A stretch of DNA of 64,000 nt from Verrucomicrobiota bacterium (GCA_043775015.1 JAYVSV010000003.1:3930-67929); one strand, 5' to 3'. Shown: positions 37,432 through 46,786, counted from the first letter of the stretch. The notes: generated by a model not told the origin, from the letters alone. Made by a program: numbers and translations.

Positions 37432-39666
37432 TTAGTGTCCTGACTGGTGCTCCTGAATATATTCCTGCTTGAGTCCGAGTTTTTCGGGCGCGTGCAACAC
37501 GAGCATTTTCATTCGCACATCGGAGGGAATATCTTTTCGCGTCAGTTTGGAAACAACGATCATCAACGTGATCGCCAACGGCACGGCCCAGATCGCGGGT
37601 TGTTCGCACATGATCCGAATGGCCGGATGTGCGATCCAGAAAGTCTCCAGCGCTTGCATCGAATTCGGAATTCCTTTCGTCACACTGTTCTTCAACGCGA
37701 TGTCGCTCACGCTCGTCAACGTGATTCCCGCCAACGCCAGCAAACCGCCGGTCAACATTCCTGTCGCCGCGCCTTTCTGCGTCATGCCGCGCCACCAGAC
37801 GCTCATGAACAGCAGCGGAAAATAACTCGCCGCCGCGATGGCGAACGCCTGACCGACCATGAAATTAATTTCCAATTGTTCGACTTGCATGCCGAGCAGA
37901 ATCGCCACCGCGCCGATGAGCACCGCGCCGAATTTGAACATTCTCATGCGCTGTTCCGGCGTCGATTTCGGGCGCAGAATTCTTCCGTAAACATCGTGGG
38001 CCAGCGCGCCGGTCATGGAAACGAGCAAACCGCTGAACGTGCTCATGAACGCCGCGAACGCTCCCGCGCAAGTGATGCCGCTGAGAATCGAACCCCACGG
38101 AATTCCTTTTTTGTTGGGGAGCACACGCGTCTCGCGTGTTGAATCCGGCGTCGCGCCGGATTCTTGTTCATCTGATTTTAAGTTAGTCGAACGAAGTCCT
38201 CCGCGAGACGCGTCGGACGGCACGCCAGAGGCGTGCGCTCCCCGCTCATTCAGAATCCGCGGCAACTCCAGAACCACCTTGTCCGTCCCCTTCGAGCCTG
38301 CGCCGAGATAAAGTTCCGGCAAAAGATTTCGTCCCATCACGCCGAACACCGGCGGGAAAACGTAAAACACGCCGATGAGAATCATCACCCACATCGTCGT
38401 GCGCTTGGCGGCGACGCCGTCGGGGTTCGTGTAAAAGCGAACGAGAATGTGCGGCAAACCCGCCGTGCCGCAGACCAGCGCGATGATGAGCGAGTAAGTG
38501 TAAAGCAGCGAAAATGGTTTTTGTTCTTCGGCTTTCAAGCCTGCTTTCGCCGCGGCTTTGGTGGTCAACGGGCCGAAAGGAGAAATCCATTTGGCATCGG
38601 CGGGAGCTTTTTCGGGGAGCGGTTTGCGTAATCCGGAGAACTCTTTTGGAAAATCACTCAGCGGAACGGCGTAAATGTTTTCCGCACTACGAACCATCCT
38701 AATGTTGTTTTTCAGGAGAACTCGCTGCAATGCTTCGAGGTGTTGACCTCGATTTTTCATTTCTGGCCCGCCAAAAGACACAACAAGATTCGTAAATGAT
38801 GAGGGATAAATTATCCGCTTTGCATTTCCATCCCAAATTCCATATCGCTGCATTGCTTCGTCAAAAGGTAATTGCCCCAACGGAAAAGTTGTTTTGGAAT
38901 TAAATACTTCCAGCGTTGAATTGATAAGATTAGAAACGGGCTCGCGTCCGCCAAATTCCATTTTAATAGATGGTATTGCGATGAAATAATCCTCTATTGC
39001 TTTAGAATTAATGGATTTCGTCGGCAAATTTTCAACGAGTTGTTTCCCATAATGCCCATACACACTCATCAGCACGAAAATCGGCACGCAGATGGCGAAG
39101 AGTTTGATCCAGTATTGAAAGGCTTGCACCAGCGTGATGCCTTTCATGCCGCCGAGCGCGACGTTGAGTGTAATGACCGCGCCGACCAGCGCCACGCCCA
39201 CCCAATACGGCAAGCCCGGAAAAATGTAGGCGAGCGTCGTCCCGGCCCCTTTCATCTGCGGCATCGTGTAGAAAAATCCGATGAACATCACGAAGATGAC
39301 GGCGATCTTGCGGAAGATCGGCGAATCGTAGCGGCCCTCGGCGAAATCAGGAATCGTGTAAGCGCCGAAGCGTCGCAGCGGCCCCGCAATGAACAGCAGC
39401 AAAAATAAATAACCGCACGCATAACAAACCGGATACCAAAGTGCGTCGTAACCGGAACTCATCACCATTCCCGCCACGCCCATGAACGACGCGGCGCTCA
39501 AGTATTCGCCAGAAATCGCCGACGCATTCCAACCGACGCTCACGCTGCGGCCCGCGACGAAAAAGTCGGAAGCGGTTTTTGATCGTCGCGCGGACCAGAA
39601 GCCCATGAAGATCGTGGCGGCAACGGTGATGGCGCTAAAGCTGAGAATCCAGGGGTCGATGTTCAT
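37432..39666 (-). CDS. sodium:solute symporter, large subunit (VC_2705-like SSS family), with two in-frame insertions
   Basis: Start is MNIDPWILSF. SSS-type TM pattern (GRSVSVGWNASAISGEYLSAASFMG). Directly follows a DUF4212-like small subunit gene. Confidence 0.8.
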   Translation of the reverse strand: MNIDPWILSFSAITVAATIFMGFWSARRSKTASDFFVAGRSVSVGWNASAISGEYLSAASFMGVAGMVMSSGYDALWYPVCYACGYLFLLLFIAGPLRRFGAYTIPDFAEGRYDSPIFRKIAVIFVMFIGFFYTMPQMKGAGTTLAYIFPGLPYWVGVALVGAVITLNVALGGMKGITLVQAFQYWIKLFAICVPIFVLMSVYGHYGKQLVENLPTKSINSKAIEDYFIAIPSIKMEFGGREPVSNLINSTLEVFNSKTTFPLGQLPFDEAMQRYGIWDGNAKRIIYPSSFTNLVVSFGGPEMKNRGQHLEALQRVLLKNNIRMVRSAENIYAVPLSDFPKEFSGLRKPLPEKAPADAKWISPFGPLTTKAAAKAGLKAEEQKPFSLLYTYSLIIALVCGTAGLPHILVRFYTNPDGVAAKRTTMWVMILIGVFYVFPPVFGVMGRNLLPELYLGAGSKGTDKVVLELPRILNERGAHASGVPSDASRGGLRSTNLKSDEQESGATPDSTRETRVLPNKKGIPWGSILSGITCAGAFAAFMSTFSGLLVSMTGALAHDVYGRILRPKSTPEQRMRMFKFGAVLIGAVAILLGMQVEQLEINFMVGQAFAIAAASYFPLLFMSVWWRGMTQKGAATGMLTGGLLALAGITLTSVSDIALKNSVTKGIPNSMQALETFWIAHPAIRIMCEQPAIWAVPLAITLMIVVSKLTRKDIPSDVRMKMLVLHAPEKLGLKQEYIQEHQSGH
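38117..38243. repeat. composite GC-rich palindromic element in frame inside the symporter gene
   Basis: ACGCGTCTCGCG (38125-38136) pairs with CGCGAGACGCGT (38202-38213). Perfect hairpin GAATCCGGCG-tcg-CGCCGGATTC (38141-38163). Outer GGGGAGCACACGC pairs with GCGTGCGCTCCCC. Confidence 0.6.
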
Positions 39667-39671
39667 GATTT

Positions 39672-40136
39672 TTAAGCTCCAAGCACCAACGTCCAAGCTC
39701 CAGAGAAATTCCAAATTCCAAACAGCAAAAGCAAAGTCGTCGCGTCCTTGGAGCTTGGGTCATTGGGGCTTCTCTGGATGTTGGACGTTGGTGCTTGGAG
39801 CTTTTCGACTTCGCTGACTTCCGCATCCTCCAGCGCAATCGAACGCTTGATGAAAACGTAGGAAATAACCCAGACAAACGGAAAAAAGGCGATGCCGAGA
39901 ATGAACCACGTCAGCGTGAAACCGAAGATGCGTTTGGCCATCAGCTCAGGCAGGAAATAATTCGCCAGCGGCAAACCGAGCAACACGATCATGAAAGTCA
40001 CGGCGCACGTGACGGAAAGTTTGAGCTGCCGACGCATCAACGTGTGCAAAAAACTCTCACTGTGGATGTCCACCTTCTCAGAACTCGGATTTTTCATGGG
40101 TCGCATTGGTGTAACAAAGCGCTGGCGGCGGAGCAA
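39672..40136 (-). CDS. DUF4212-like solute:sodium symporter small subunit, C-terminally extended through a hairpin element
   Basis: Two-TM core LSVTCAVTFMIVLLGLPLANYF...FTLTWFILGIAFFPFVWVISYVF. The last ~44 codons and the stop codon lie in the repeat 39674-39803. Confidence 0.7.
   Translation of the reverse strand: MLRRQRFVTPMRPMKNPSSEKVDIHSESFLHTLMRRQLKLSVTCAVTFMIVLLGLPLANYFLPELMAKRIFGFTLTWFILGIAFFPFVWVISYVFIKRSIALEDAEVSEVEKLQAPTSNIQRSPNDPSSKDATTLLLLFGIWNFSGAWTLVLGA
39674..39803. repeat. ~34-bp-stem hairpin element at the junction of the two symporter subunit genes
   Basis: AAGCTCCAAGCACCAACGTCCAA (39674-39696) pairs perfectly with TTGGACGTTGGTGCTTGGAGCTT (39781-39803). Adjacent TCCAGAGAA pairs with TTCTCTGGA. 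62-nt loop. Confidence 0.9.
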
Positions 40137-40166
40137 TGTTTGTCTCCAGCAAAACGGTTTTGGAAA

Positions 40167-40952
40167 TCATTTCATCGCGCGTTTCAAAGCAGCCACTCGC
40201 CTGGCATCCACCGGATTTTCCAAACGGCCATTGCGTTTGAGCGAACTGCCCACGATCACGCCATTGATCAACGGCAGAAGCGTTTTAACATTTTCAACGG
40301 TGACGCCGCTGCCGATTAAAATTTTCGTGCCGGGACACGCATTCCGAACACGCCGCACATCTTCCACATCCGTTGCCATGCCGGTGCCCGTTCCAGAAAC
40401 AATGAGCGCATCCGCCAACCCGCGCTCGATTGTGTCGCGCGCGGAATCTTCGATTGTCCAATTGCCGAGCGGCACGGCGTGCTTAACGTGAACATCGGCA
40501 AAAATTTGCGCCTCGGGACAAAGATTTTTCTTAAGACGCAACGTTTCATAAGCGTTGCCTTCGATTAACCCCTGGTCAGTCAGCATCGCGCCAGTATGGA
40601 CGTTGATGCGCACAAAGCTTCCTCCACACGACGCAACCAAAGCGAGCGCCGCGTGGCCGTCGTTGCGCAAGACATTGAAACCAATCGGGATTTTCACCGC
40701 GTCACGAATCGCGCGACCGACCACGGCCATGCTGGCGATTGTTTCCGGCGCGACAGAGTTTTTCGTGAAAGGAACATCGCCGAAATTCTCAATAAAGATC
40801 GCATCCGCCCCGCCCTGCTCGTAAGCCCGCGCGTCGGCAACGGCTCCGCGAATGATGTGGCTAATCGATTCTCGATTTCGCGGCGAACCAGGAAGAGGTG
40901 CGAGATGAACCACGCCAACCAACACTTTACCTTTGGAAAAAATAGAACTCAT
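40167..40952 (-). CDS. BtpA/SgcQ family (TIM-barrel) protein
   Basis: Start is MSSIF. VGVVHLAPLPGSP...GADAIFIENFGDVPF...NVLRND... The longer annotated ORF runs through upstream repeats. Confidence 0.75.
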   Translation of the reverse strand: MSSIFSKGKVLVGVVHLAPLPGSPRNRESISHIIRGAVADARAYEQGGADAIFIENFGDVPFTKNSVAPETIASMAVVGRAIRDAVKIPIGFNVLRNDGHAALALVASCGGSFVRINVHTGAMLTDQGLIEGNAYETLRLKKNLCPEAQIFADVHVKHAVPLGNWTIEDSARDTIERGLADALIVSGTGTGMATDVEDVRRVRNACPGTKILIGSGVTVENVKTLLPLINGVIVGSSLKRNGRLENPVDARRVAALKRAMK

Positions 40953-41165
40953 GCGGCGATGTTTACCGAGAGCCGGTTTTGAGCGAAGGAAAAAAAGCAC
41001 CGAACACAATGCAAAGAGCGCGGGGTAATCCCGGGACGCGGCCGTGTCGCAGACCAGGCGCAGCACAGCGCAATTTCCCTGAGTCAACGTTTGTTCAATC
41101 GTTATCACACGTGCGGCTGATGCTTTGCACACCGCCGCGATCTGCCCAAGAGAGACAGTTTTATT

Positions 41166-41345
41166 GTCCCAAAGGGACAGCCGACAATAGCCCACGATTT
41201 CAATCGTGGGTGGCAATTTAAAAAGGAACCAAGTCCCGCAGGGACGGCTGACAATTGCCGTTTCAGTCGTTCCTTCGGAACTTGCGAACGCCCATCGTTC
41301 CCGGCGTTGAAAACGCCGGGCTATTGTCATCTGTCCCTCCGGGAC
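41166..41345. repeat. cluster of three ~45-bp REP-like units (two direct, one inverted)
   Basis: Unit a is 41166-41210 (GTCCCaaaGGGACAGCCGACAATAGCCCACGATTTCAATCGTGGG). Unit b starts at 41233 (GTCCCgcaGGGACGGCTGACAATTGCC...). Unit c is 41300-41345, the reverse complement of the same pattern. Confidence 0.8.
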
Positions 41346-41452
41346 CAAAGCCGCCAACCTTCGTTCTTGGAGAATTTTGATGCATCAAAGAAACCATCTG
41401 GCTGGTTAGGAGTTGAATCCATAAACTTCATTCGTATGATAGCTCGCGCCCA

Positions 41453-43834
41453 ATGAAGAAAATCTTTTTTCCAACCATCTGGCTCCTGATCGCGGGACTC
41501 GGTGCGTGGGCTTACGCCGTGCTGGCATTCAAACGCGGCGAACAACTCAACTCCATTTTCATTCTAACGGCGGCGCTTTGCACCTACGCCATGGGCTACC
41601 GCTTTTATTCTAAATGGATCGCGACCCGCGTCCTCGTCCTCAACGATCGCCGCGCCACTCCCTGTGAAGTTCAAGATGACGGCAAGGATTTTGTTAAGAC
41701 GAATAAATGGATCGTGTTCGGCCATCACTTCGCCGCGATTTCCGGTCCCGGCCCGCTGGTCGGCCCGGTGCTCGCCGCGCAATTTGGCTATTTGCCAAGC
41801 ACACTTTGGATTTTGATCGGCGTGGTGCTCGGCGGCGCGGTGCAGGATTTTGTCATTCTGTTTTGTTCGATGCGACGCAATGGAAAATCGCTCGGGCAAA
41901 TGGTCAAAGAAGAGTTGAACAATCCCGCCGGCTACGTCGCGATGTTTGCCATTCTCGCGATCATGATCATCCTGCTCGCAGTGCTGGCGCTGGTCGTGGT
42001 CAAGGCGCTCGCGGAAAGTCCCTGGGGAATTTTCACGGTGGCGGCAACCATTCCCATCGCGATGTTTATGGGCGGTTATCTTCGCTACTGGCGCATCGGA
42101 AAAGTCATGGAAGCTTCGGCGATTGGAGTGGTTCTGCTGTTGCTGGCGGTGTGGGGCGGAAAATTTTTCCACGAGGTTCCGGGTCTTGCGAAATTGTTCA
42201 CGATTGGCGCGTTGCCATTGGCCTGGTCGATCATCCTTTACGGACTGGCCGCGAGCGTGCTTCCCGTCTGGCTCTTGCTGGCACCGCGCGATTATCTGAG
42301 CACGTTTATGAAGCTCGGAACCATTTTCGCACTGGCGATGGGAATATTTCTGGTTCGTCCGGATTTGGAAATGCCTGCCGTGAGCAAATTCATCGACGGC
42401 TCCGGTCTGGTGGTTGCCGGAAAACTATTTCCATTTTGTTTCATCACGATTGCGTGCGGCGCGATTTCCGGTTTCCACACGCTGATCGCCAGCGGGACGA
42501 CTCCGAAAATTATCACGCGCGAAAGTTATGCGCGAACGATTGGTTACGGCGCGATGTGTTTGGAATCGCTCGTGGCGATCATGGCCTTGATTGCGGCCTG
42601 CACGCTCGACCCCGGCGTTTATTTCAGCATCAACGTCAAAGGTGAACCGGCGGAAACGGTCGCGAAAGTTTCTGCGCTCGGTTTCCCCGTCACAACTCAA
42701 CAAATGGACAACCTTGCCAATGAGCTTGGCGAAAAAACTTTGTTTGGACGAACCGGCGGCGCATCGACTCTCGCGGTCGGCATGGCTCATATATTTTCCA
42801 AGGTTGTCAACGGCCGCGGCCTCGATCTTTGGTATCACTTTGCGATCATGTTCGAGGCGTTGTTTATCCTGACCACGCTTGATGCCGGCACGCGTGTAGG
42901 AAGATATTTGCTTCAGGATTTGCTCGGCCACGTTTGGAAACCGTTGGGCGAAACAAAAAATGCAGCGGCAACGTGGCTGGCCAGCGTGCTGATGGTAAGC
43001 GCGTGGGGATATTTTTTGATTCAAGGCGTCAAAGATCCGCTCGGCGGAATTAATTCGTTGTGGCCTCTGTTTGGAATAGCCAATCAACTGCTCGCCGCGA
43101 TTGCTCTTTGCCTTGCCACAACCGTCATTTTAAAAATGCAGCTTGGGGGTGAGCTTAAAGTTCAAGGTTCAAAGTTTAAAGTTGGGCGACCGGCGTTTGC
43201 GTTGATTACGCTGGTTCCACTGGTGTGGCTGCTGGCCGTGACGGGGACGGCGGGAGTGCAGAAAATTTTTAGCGGTGACGAACGAATCGGTTTTCTCGCT
43301 GCTGCAAAAGATTTGGATTTGAAACTGTCGAAACTTCAAGACGCGGTGGATGCCGCGAAGCCGCTGGCGGATTCCTCAATCCTCGTCGCTGCACAAAAAG
43401 CGGTGCGCAACAATCGTGTATTGCGCTTCAACCTTCTGCTGGACGCGGTTGTCACGGGAGCTTTCCTTTCGATGGTGGTTTTGATTGTGGTGCTGAGTTT
43501 GCGCGAATGGACTCTTCTAATGGCACGAAAACGATTGGCGGTTTTGCGCGAATCCGATCCAGTCTGGTTGCCGGATTATGCCATCGTCGAATCGAAGCCG
43601 ACTCATGTTTTTTCAACTCTCGCGCTCGCGTTTGCGCTGGCCAAGGAGCTTTCCGGCGAAGCCGCTGTCGAACGGTCCCGCATCGCCAACCACGCCGCCT
43701 GCTGCGCGGAACACCAACCGGAAATGGGTTTGGATTCCACAGATTCTGATTTGGCGAAGACGTCGCTTGAAAAAACTTATCTGCAAGAAACGGAACGACG
43801 GTTCAACAGCGGCAGCGTGAATCGTTGTTGCTGA
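41453..43834 (+). CDS. cstA: carbon starvation protein A family transporter with C-terminal extension
   Basis: YRFYSKWIATRVL...HFAAISGPGPLVGPVLAAQFGYLP...GAISGFHTLIASGTTPK. Confidence 0.85.
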   Translation: MKKIFFPTIWLLIAGLGAWAYAVLAFKRGEQLNSIFILTAALCTYAMGYRFYSKWIATRVLVLNDRRATPCEVQDDGKDFVKTNKWIVFGHHFAAISGPGPLVGPVLAAQFGYLPSTLWILIGVVLGGAVQDFVILFCSMRRNGKSLGQMVKEELNNPAGYVAMFAILAIMIILLAVLALVVVKALAESPWGIFTVAATIPIAMFMGGYLRYWRIGKVMEASAIGVVLLLLAVWGGKFFHEVPGLAKLFTIGALPLAWSIILYGLAASVLPVWLLLAPRDYLSTFMKLGTIFALAMGIFLVRPDLEMPAVSKFIDGSGLVVAGKLFPFCFITIACGAISGFHTLIASGTTPKIITRESYARTIGYGAMCLESLVAIMALIAACTLDPGVYFSINVKGEPAETVAKVSALGFPVTTQQMDNLANELGEKTLFGRTGGASTLAVGMAHIFSKVVNGRGLDLWYHFAIMFEALFILTTLDAGTRVGRYLLQDLLGHVWKPLGETKNAAATWLASVLMVSAWGYFLIQGVKDPLGGINSLWPLFGIANQLLAAIALCLATTVILKMQLGGELKVQGSKFKVGRPAFALITLVPLVWLLAVTGTAGVQKIFSGDERIGFLAAAKDLDLKLSKLQDAVDAAKPLADSSILVAAQKAVRNNRVLRFNLLLDAVVTGAFLSMVVLIVVLSLREWTLLMARKRLAVLRESDPVWLPDYAIVESKPTHVFSTLALAFALAKELSGEAAVERSRIANHAACCAEHQPEMGLDSTDSDLAKTSLEKTYLQETERRFNSGSVNRCC

Positions 43835-43847
43835 GAATATCAAACAC

Positions 43848-44423
43848 ATGGAACGAATTGGTTTATACGGCGGTTCATTTGACCCGGTTCACCTTGGCCA
43901 TTTATTAGTGGCGCAAGCGGCGCGCGAAGAGTTGACACTCGGCCGGATTTTTTTCATTCCGGCAGCGCAATCTCCGTTCAAACCGGACGCAAAACCGACG
44001 CCAGCAGCGGAACGCACCAAGATGTTGCGCCTGGCTTTGGCGGGAAATTCGCGAGCGGAAGTCGATGAACAGGAAATCAATCGCGGCGGAATTTCTTACA
44101 CGATCGAAACCGTGCGCGATTACGCCCGCCGTTTTCCAAAAGCAAAATTGTTTTACTTGATCGGCGCAGACCACGTCGCGCAGTTGCCGAAATGGCGCGA
44201 GGCCAATGATCTGGCAAGCCACGTCGAGTTTTTGATCATTCCCAGACCCGGCGAACTAAAAGTGGAAATCCCAGCGCCGTTTCGTGGAGAATTCCTCAGG
44301 GGATTTCCGCTGGGCGTTTCGTCCTCGCAAATTCGCGCGCGGGTGAAAGCGCGTTTGCCCATCGAACATCTCGTTCCGGGCGCAGTGGCCGAGGCGGTTC
44401 GCAACAATCGCCTTTATCTTTGA
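43848..44423 (+). CDS. nadD: nicotinate-nucleotide adenylyltransferase
   Basis: GLYGGSFDPVHLGHL (HxGH) and ISYTIETV...SSSQIR. Confidence 0.85.
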   Translation: MERIGLYGGSFDPVHLGHLLVAQAAREELTLGRIFFIPAAQSPFKPDAKPTPAAERTKMLRLALAGNSRAEVDEQEINRGGISYTIETVRDYARRFPKAKLFYLIGADHVAQLPKWREANDLASHVEFLIIPRPGELKVEIPAPFRGEFLRGFPLGVSSSQIRARVKARLPIEHLVPGAVAEAVRNNRLYL

Positions 44424-44447
44424 GGTTGTTGGGTTATTTTGGCTTCA

Positions 44448-44822
44448 ATGGATTCAAAAAAACTGGCGCTGCTCTGCAAGGAATTAGCCGAGAATAGAAA
44501 AGCGGAAGATGTCGCCATCCTTGATGTCGCAAAACTTTCCTCCATCACCGACTATTTCGTCATTGCCACGGGAACAAGCGAACCTCATTTGCGAGCCATC
44601 ATCAGTGAAATCAAGGACAAGCTGCGCGATGATTTTGATTTGCGCCCTCGAGCAATTGACGGAGATTTTCAGGCGGCCTGGCAGGTCCTCGATTTCTTCG
44701 ATGTGATCGTCCACGTCATGCGAAAGGATGCCCGGGAAAAATACGATCTCGAAAGTCTTTGGGGTGACGCGCCGAAGGTGAAAATTTCCAAACCACGCGC
44801 CCGGGCTAGAAAAACCAAGTAA
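44448..44822 (+). CDS. rsfS: ribosome silencing factor
   Basis: KAEDVAILDV...SITDYFVIATGTSEPHLRAI...WQVLDFFDVIVHVM...YDLESLW. Confidence 0.85.
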   Translation: MDSKKLALLCKELAENRKAEDVAILDVAKLSSITDYFVIATGTSEPHLRAIISEIKDKLRDDFDLRPRAIDGDFQAAWQVLDFFDVIVHVMRKDAREKYDLESLWGDAPKVKISKPRARARKTK

Positions 44823-44833
44823 TTGCCGCTTGT

Positions 44834-45148
44834 TTAAGCAGCCGGTTTTGGCGGAGGAATCTCGATACTTGCCTTAACCATGTCGTCCAGAATTTTCTTA
44901 AATTCTTCGAGGCCAGTGGAGGAAATAATCACGTTGTCACGGCGTCCATTGACTTCCTCTGTGATCCGCAGAAAACGTCCGCGCGGATTTTCCTTGAGCG
45001 TGAAAATAAATGTTTTGCGTTCAATCTGAACCTGGTCGGTTTTGAGCGTGTCTTCATTCACGGGCGGTCTCGGCGGCCCCGCGTTGAAGCCCGACCCAGC
45101 ATTGAAAGGCCGATTACCGTAAGGCGATGGACGTTCGTTTGAAATCAT
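44834..45148 (-). CDS. PUR-alpha-like nucleic-acid-binding protein (DUF3276-like)
   Basis: QIERKTFIFTLKENPRGRFLRITEEVNGRRDNVIISSTGLEEF matches the PUR repeat pattern. Confidence 0.65.
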   Translation of the reverse strand: MISNERPSPYGNRPFNAGSGFNAGPPRPPVNEDTLKTDQVQIERKTFIFTLKENPRGRFLRITEEVNGRRDNVIISSTGLEEFKKILDDMVKASIEIPPPKPAA

Positions 45149-45227
45149 ACTTGAAAAAATTTGCGGGTTAAATCTACTCCTGATTACTGGTTCAACAGGA
45201 ACGTGTATTTGTCAAATTTTTGAGCGA

Positions 45228-45752
45228 TCAAGTTCTGAATTTTTGCGCACTGACAAAGCGCGTTCCATCCCCTGGTTTTCCAATCCGCCACAAATAAATC
45301 AGCAATCCACCCATCACAAACAGGTTCATTGTCTGCGACATGCCGTGCCACATTTTGAACGAATGATCGGCGGCGCCACGCACCTCGATGGAAGCGCGCA
45401 CGTCATATTTTTTCCGATGCAAATCTTTCAATTTCGGCTGTAGCCAAAAACCGGCGATCAAACCCAGGGAAATTGTTGCGGCGAGCAGAATTAAAACGAA
45501 TCGCTCGGTCATTTTGCCGAGATAAAGTTTTTCGATGGTCCAATGGAGCAATGCGATGCCACCACAGCAATTCAGCAGAATGAAATAGCGCTCCATCACC
45601 AGTTGCGCGGCGACTCCGTTGTGGGGCGGAGGAACGTTCGCTTTCATTTCAGGGGAAAAGAAAGCCGGCCCAATGGCTATCGTGAATGAAACTACGGCGC
45701 CCAGCCAAACCGCCGCATTGAGCAAGCCAATAAACCTTAAGATGCCGATCAC
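45228..45752 (-). CDS. DUF4149-like integral membrane protein
   Basis: Four to five hydrophobic segments. No catalytic motif. Confidence 0.45.
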   Translation of the reverse strand: MIGILRFIGLLNAAVWLGAVVSFTIAIGPAFFSPEMKANVPPPHNGVAAQLVMERYFILLNCCGGIALLHWTIEKLYLGKMTERFVLILLAATISLGLIAGFWLQPKLKDLHRKKYDVRASIEVRGAADHSFKMWHGMSQTMNLFVMGGLLIYLWRIGKPGDGTRFVSAQKFRT

Positions 45753-45801
45753 GCAGCCATTCTAAAAAAAGATTGTGCGCTGCCAAGCTTCGATTGTTCG
45801 G

Positions 45802-46782
45802 TCACGGTGGAGAATTGGTCGCCGTCAGCGGATTGGGCGGCACCGGCGGAAATTTCATCCCGGGCGGCAGCGGTGGCATCTCCGGAAGTTTGTGAACCAA
45901 CTCACGCCATGATTTTCGCTCGGTGGGTGTCATTTCCTGCCACAGCTCGGCTTTTTTCAGAAATTGATTTCGCTCGCTGCGAGTCATGTTTGAAATTTTC
46001 CCGAACGATTCGATGCACTGCTTCCTTTGAATCGCCGGCAACGCTTGAAAAGTTTTTAAGGTTGTTTCCATTTGCGCCCGTTCCGCTTCGGGAAGTTTGC
46101 CGAGAGTTTTTTCCTTTTCGTCCGCGTTTAAATCGAAGAATTTCTGAAAGCCTTCGCACATGCGATCTCGTTTCTCGGTTGGCAAAGCAAGCCAGCGCGC
46201 CAGGTCTGCTTCCAGTTTTTCGCGCCGTTGCGCAGGAATCGTTTCGAGAAAAATTTCTTTTTCTGCCGGCGTGCTGGATTGCAAACGCAGGAAATATTGC
46301 ACCGCCATTTCGTTTTCCAAAAATTCCTTTTGCTGGGGAGCCGACAGTTCATCCCAGTGACGCAGGCGTTCTTCGACGAGCTTCCGTTTCTCCTCGGGGA
46401 TTTTTTCCACCCGCTCACGCCGGTCGTTCAGAGCGGTTCTCATCAACGGAACTAAATACCAGCGCAGTTCAGTCACACCGAGGCGGAGTTCACGTTGCGC
46501 CGGTGTGATCGCTTCGTATTCTTTCACTTTCGCCAGGAGAATTCGTTTTTGATCCGCTGAAATCGATCGTTCATCCATCAACTTCAATCGCTCTTCCGGT
46601 GATAACGTCAGCAAAACGCGGAAGAATTCGATGGGTGCCTGTGGAATCGGCGGAACCGGCGGCGCTGCCTGTTTCGCTGGCGCTTTCGCAGAATCCTCAG
46701 CCAGACAAACGACGACCGACGTGCCAGCGATTCCGCAAATGATGCAGCTTGAAAAAACCAGGATGTTCAGCCGCGCACGCAT
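45802..46782 (-). CDS. secreted helical-repeat protein (DUF3106-like), downstream of the anti-sigma gene
   Basis: Signal peptide, then repeated E-x-R-x-K-x-x-E-x-x-x-R-W-x-x-L/M-x-P-x-E-[RK] units. Confidence 0.5.
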   Translation of the reverse strand: MRARLNILVFSSCIICGIAGTSVVVCLAEDSAKAPAKQAAPPVPPIPQAPIEFFRVLLTLSPEERLKLMDERSISADQKRILLAKVKEYEAITPAQRELRLGVTELRWYLVPLMRTALNDRRERVEKIPEEKRKLVEERLRHWDELSAPQQKEFLENEMAVQYFLRLQSSTPAEKEIFLETIPAQRREKLEADLARWLALPTEKRDRMCEGFQKFFDLNADEKEKTLGKLPEAERAQMETTLKTFQALPAIQRKQCIESFGKISNMTRSERNQFLKKAELWQEMTPTERKSWRELVHKLPEMPPLPPGMKFPPVPPNPLTATNSPP

Positions 46783-46786
46783 GAAG

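Noticed and set aside
40953-41357. N-terminal 135-aa extension of BtpA, and the 760-aa version of the symporter (39667-39714)
   Set aside because: Both extensions are read-through of repeat or hairpin elements. Internal ATGs give family-typical N-termini.
43140-43195. AAAGTTCAAGGTTCAAAGTTTAAAGTT low-complexity repeat inside cstA as another in-frame element
   Set aside because: It is short, has no convincing inverted repeat, and encodes only ~10 aa (LKVQGSKFKV). This is not enough evidence for an inserted element.
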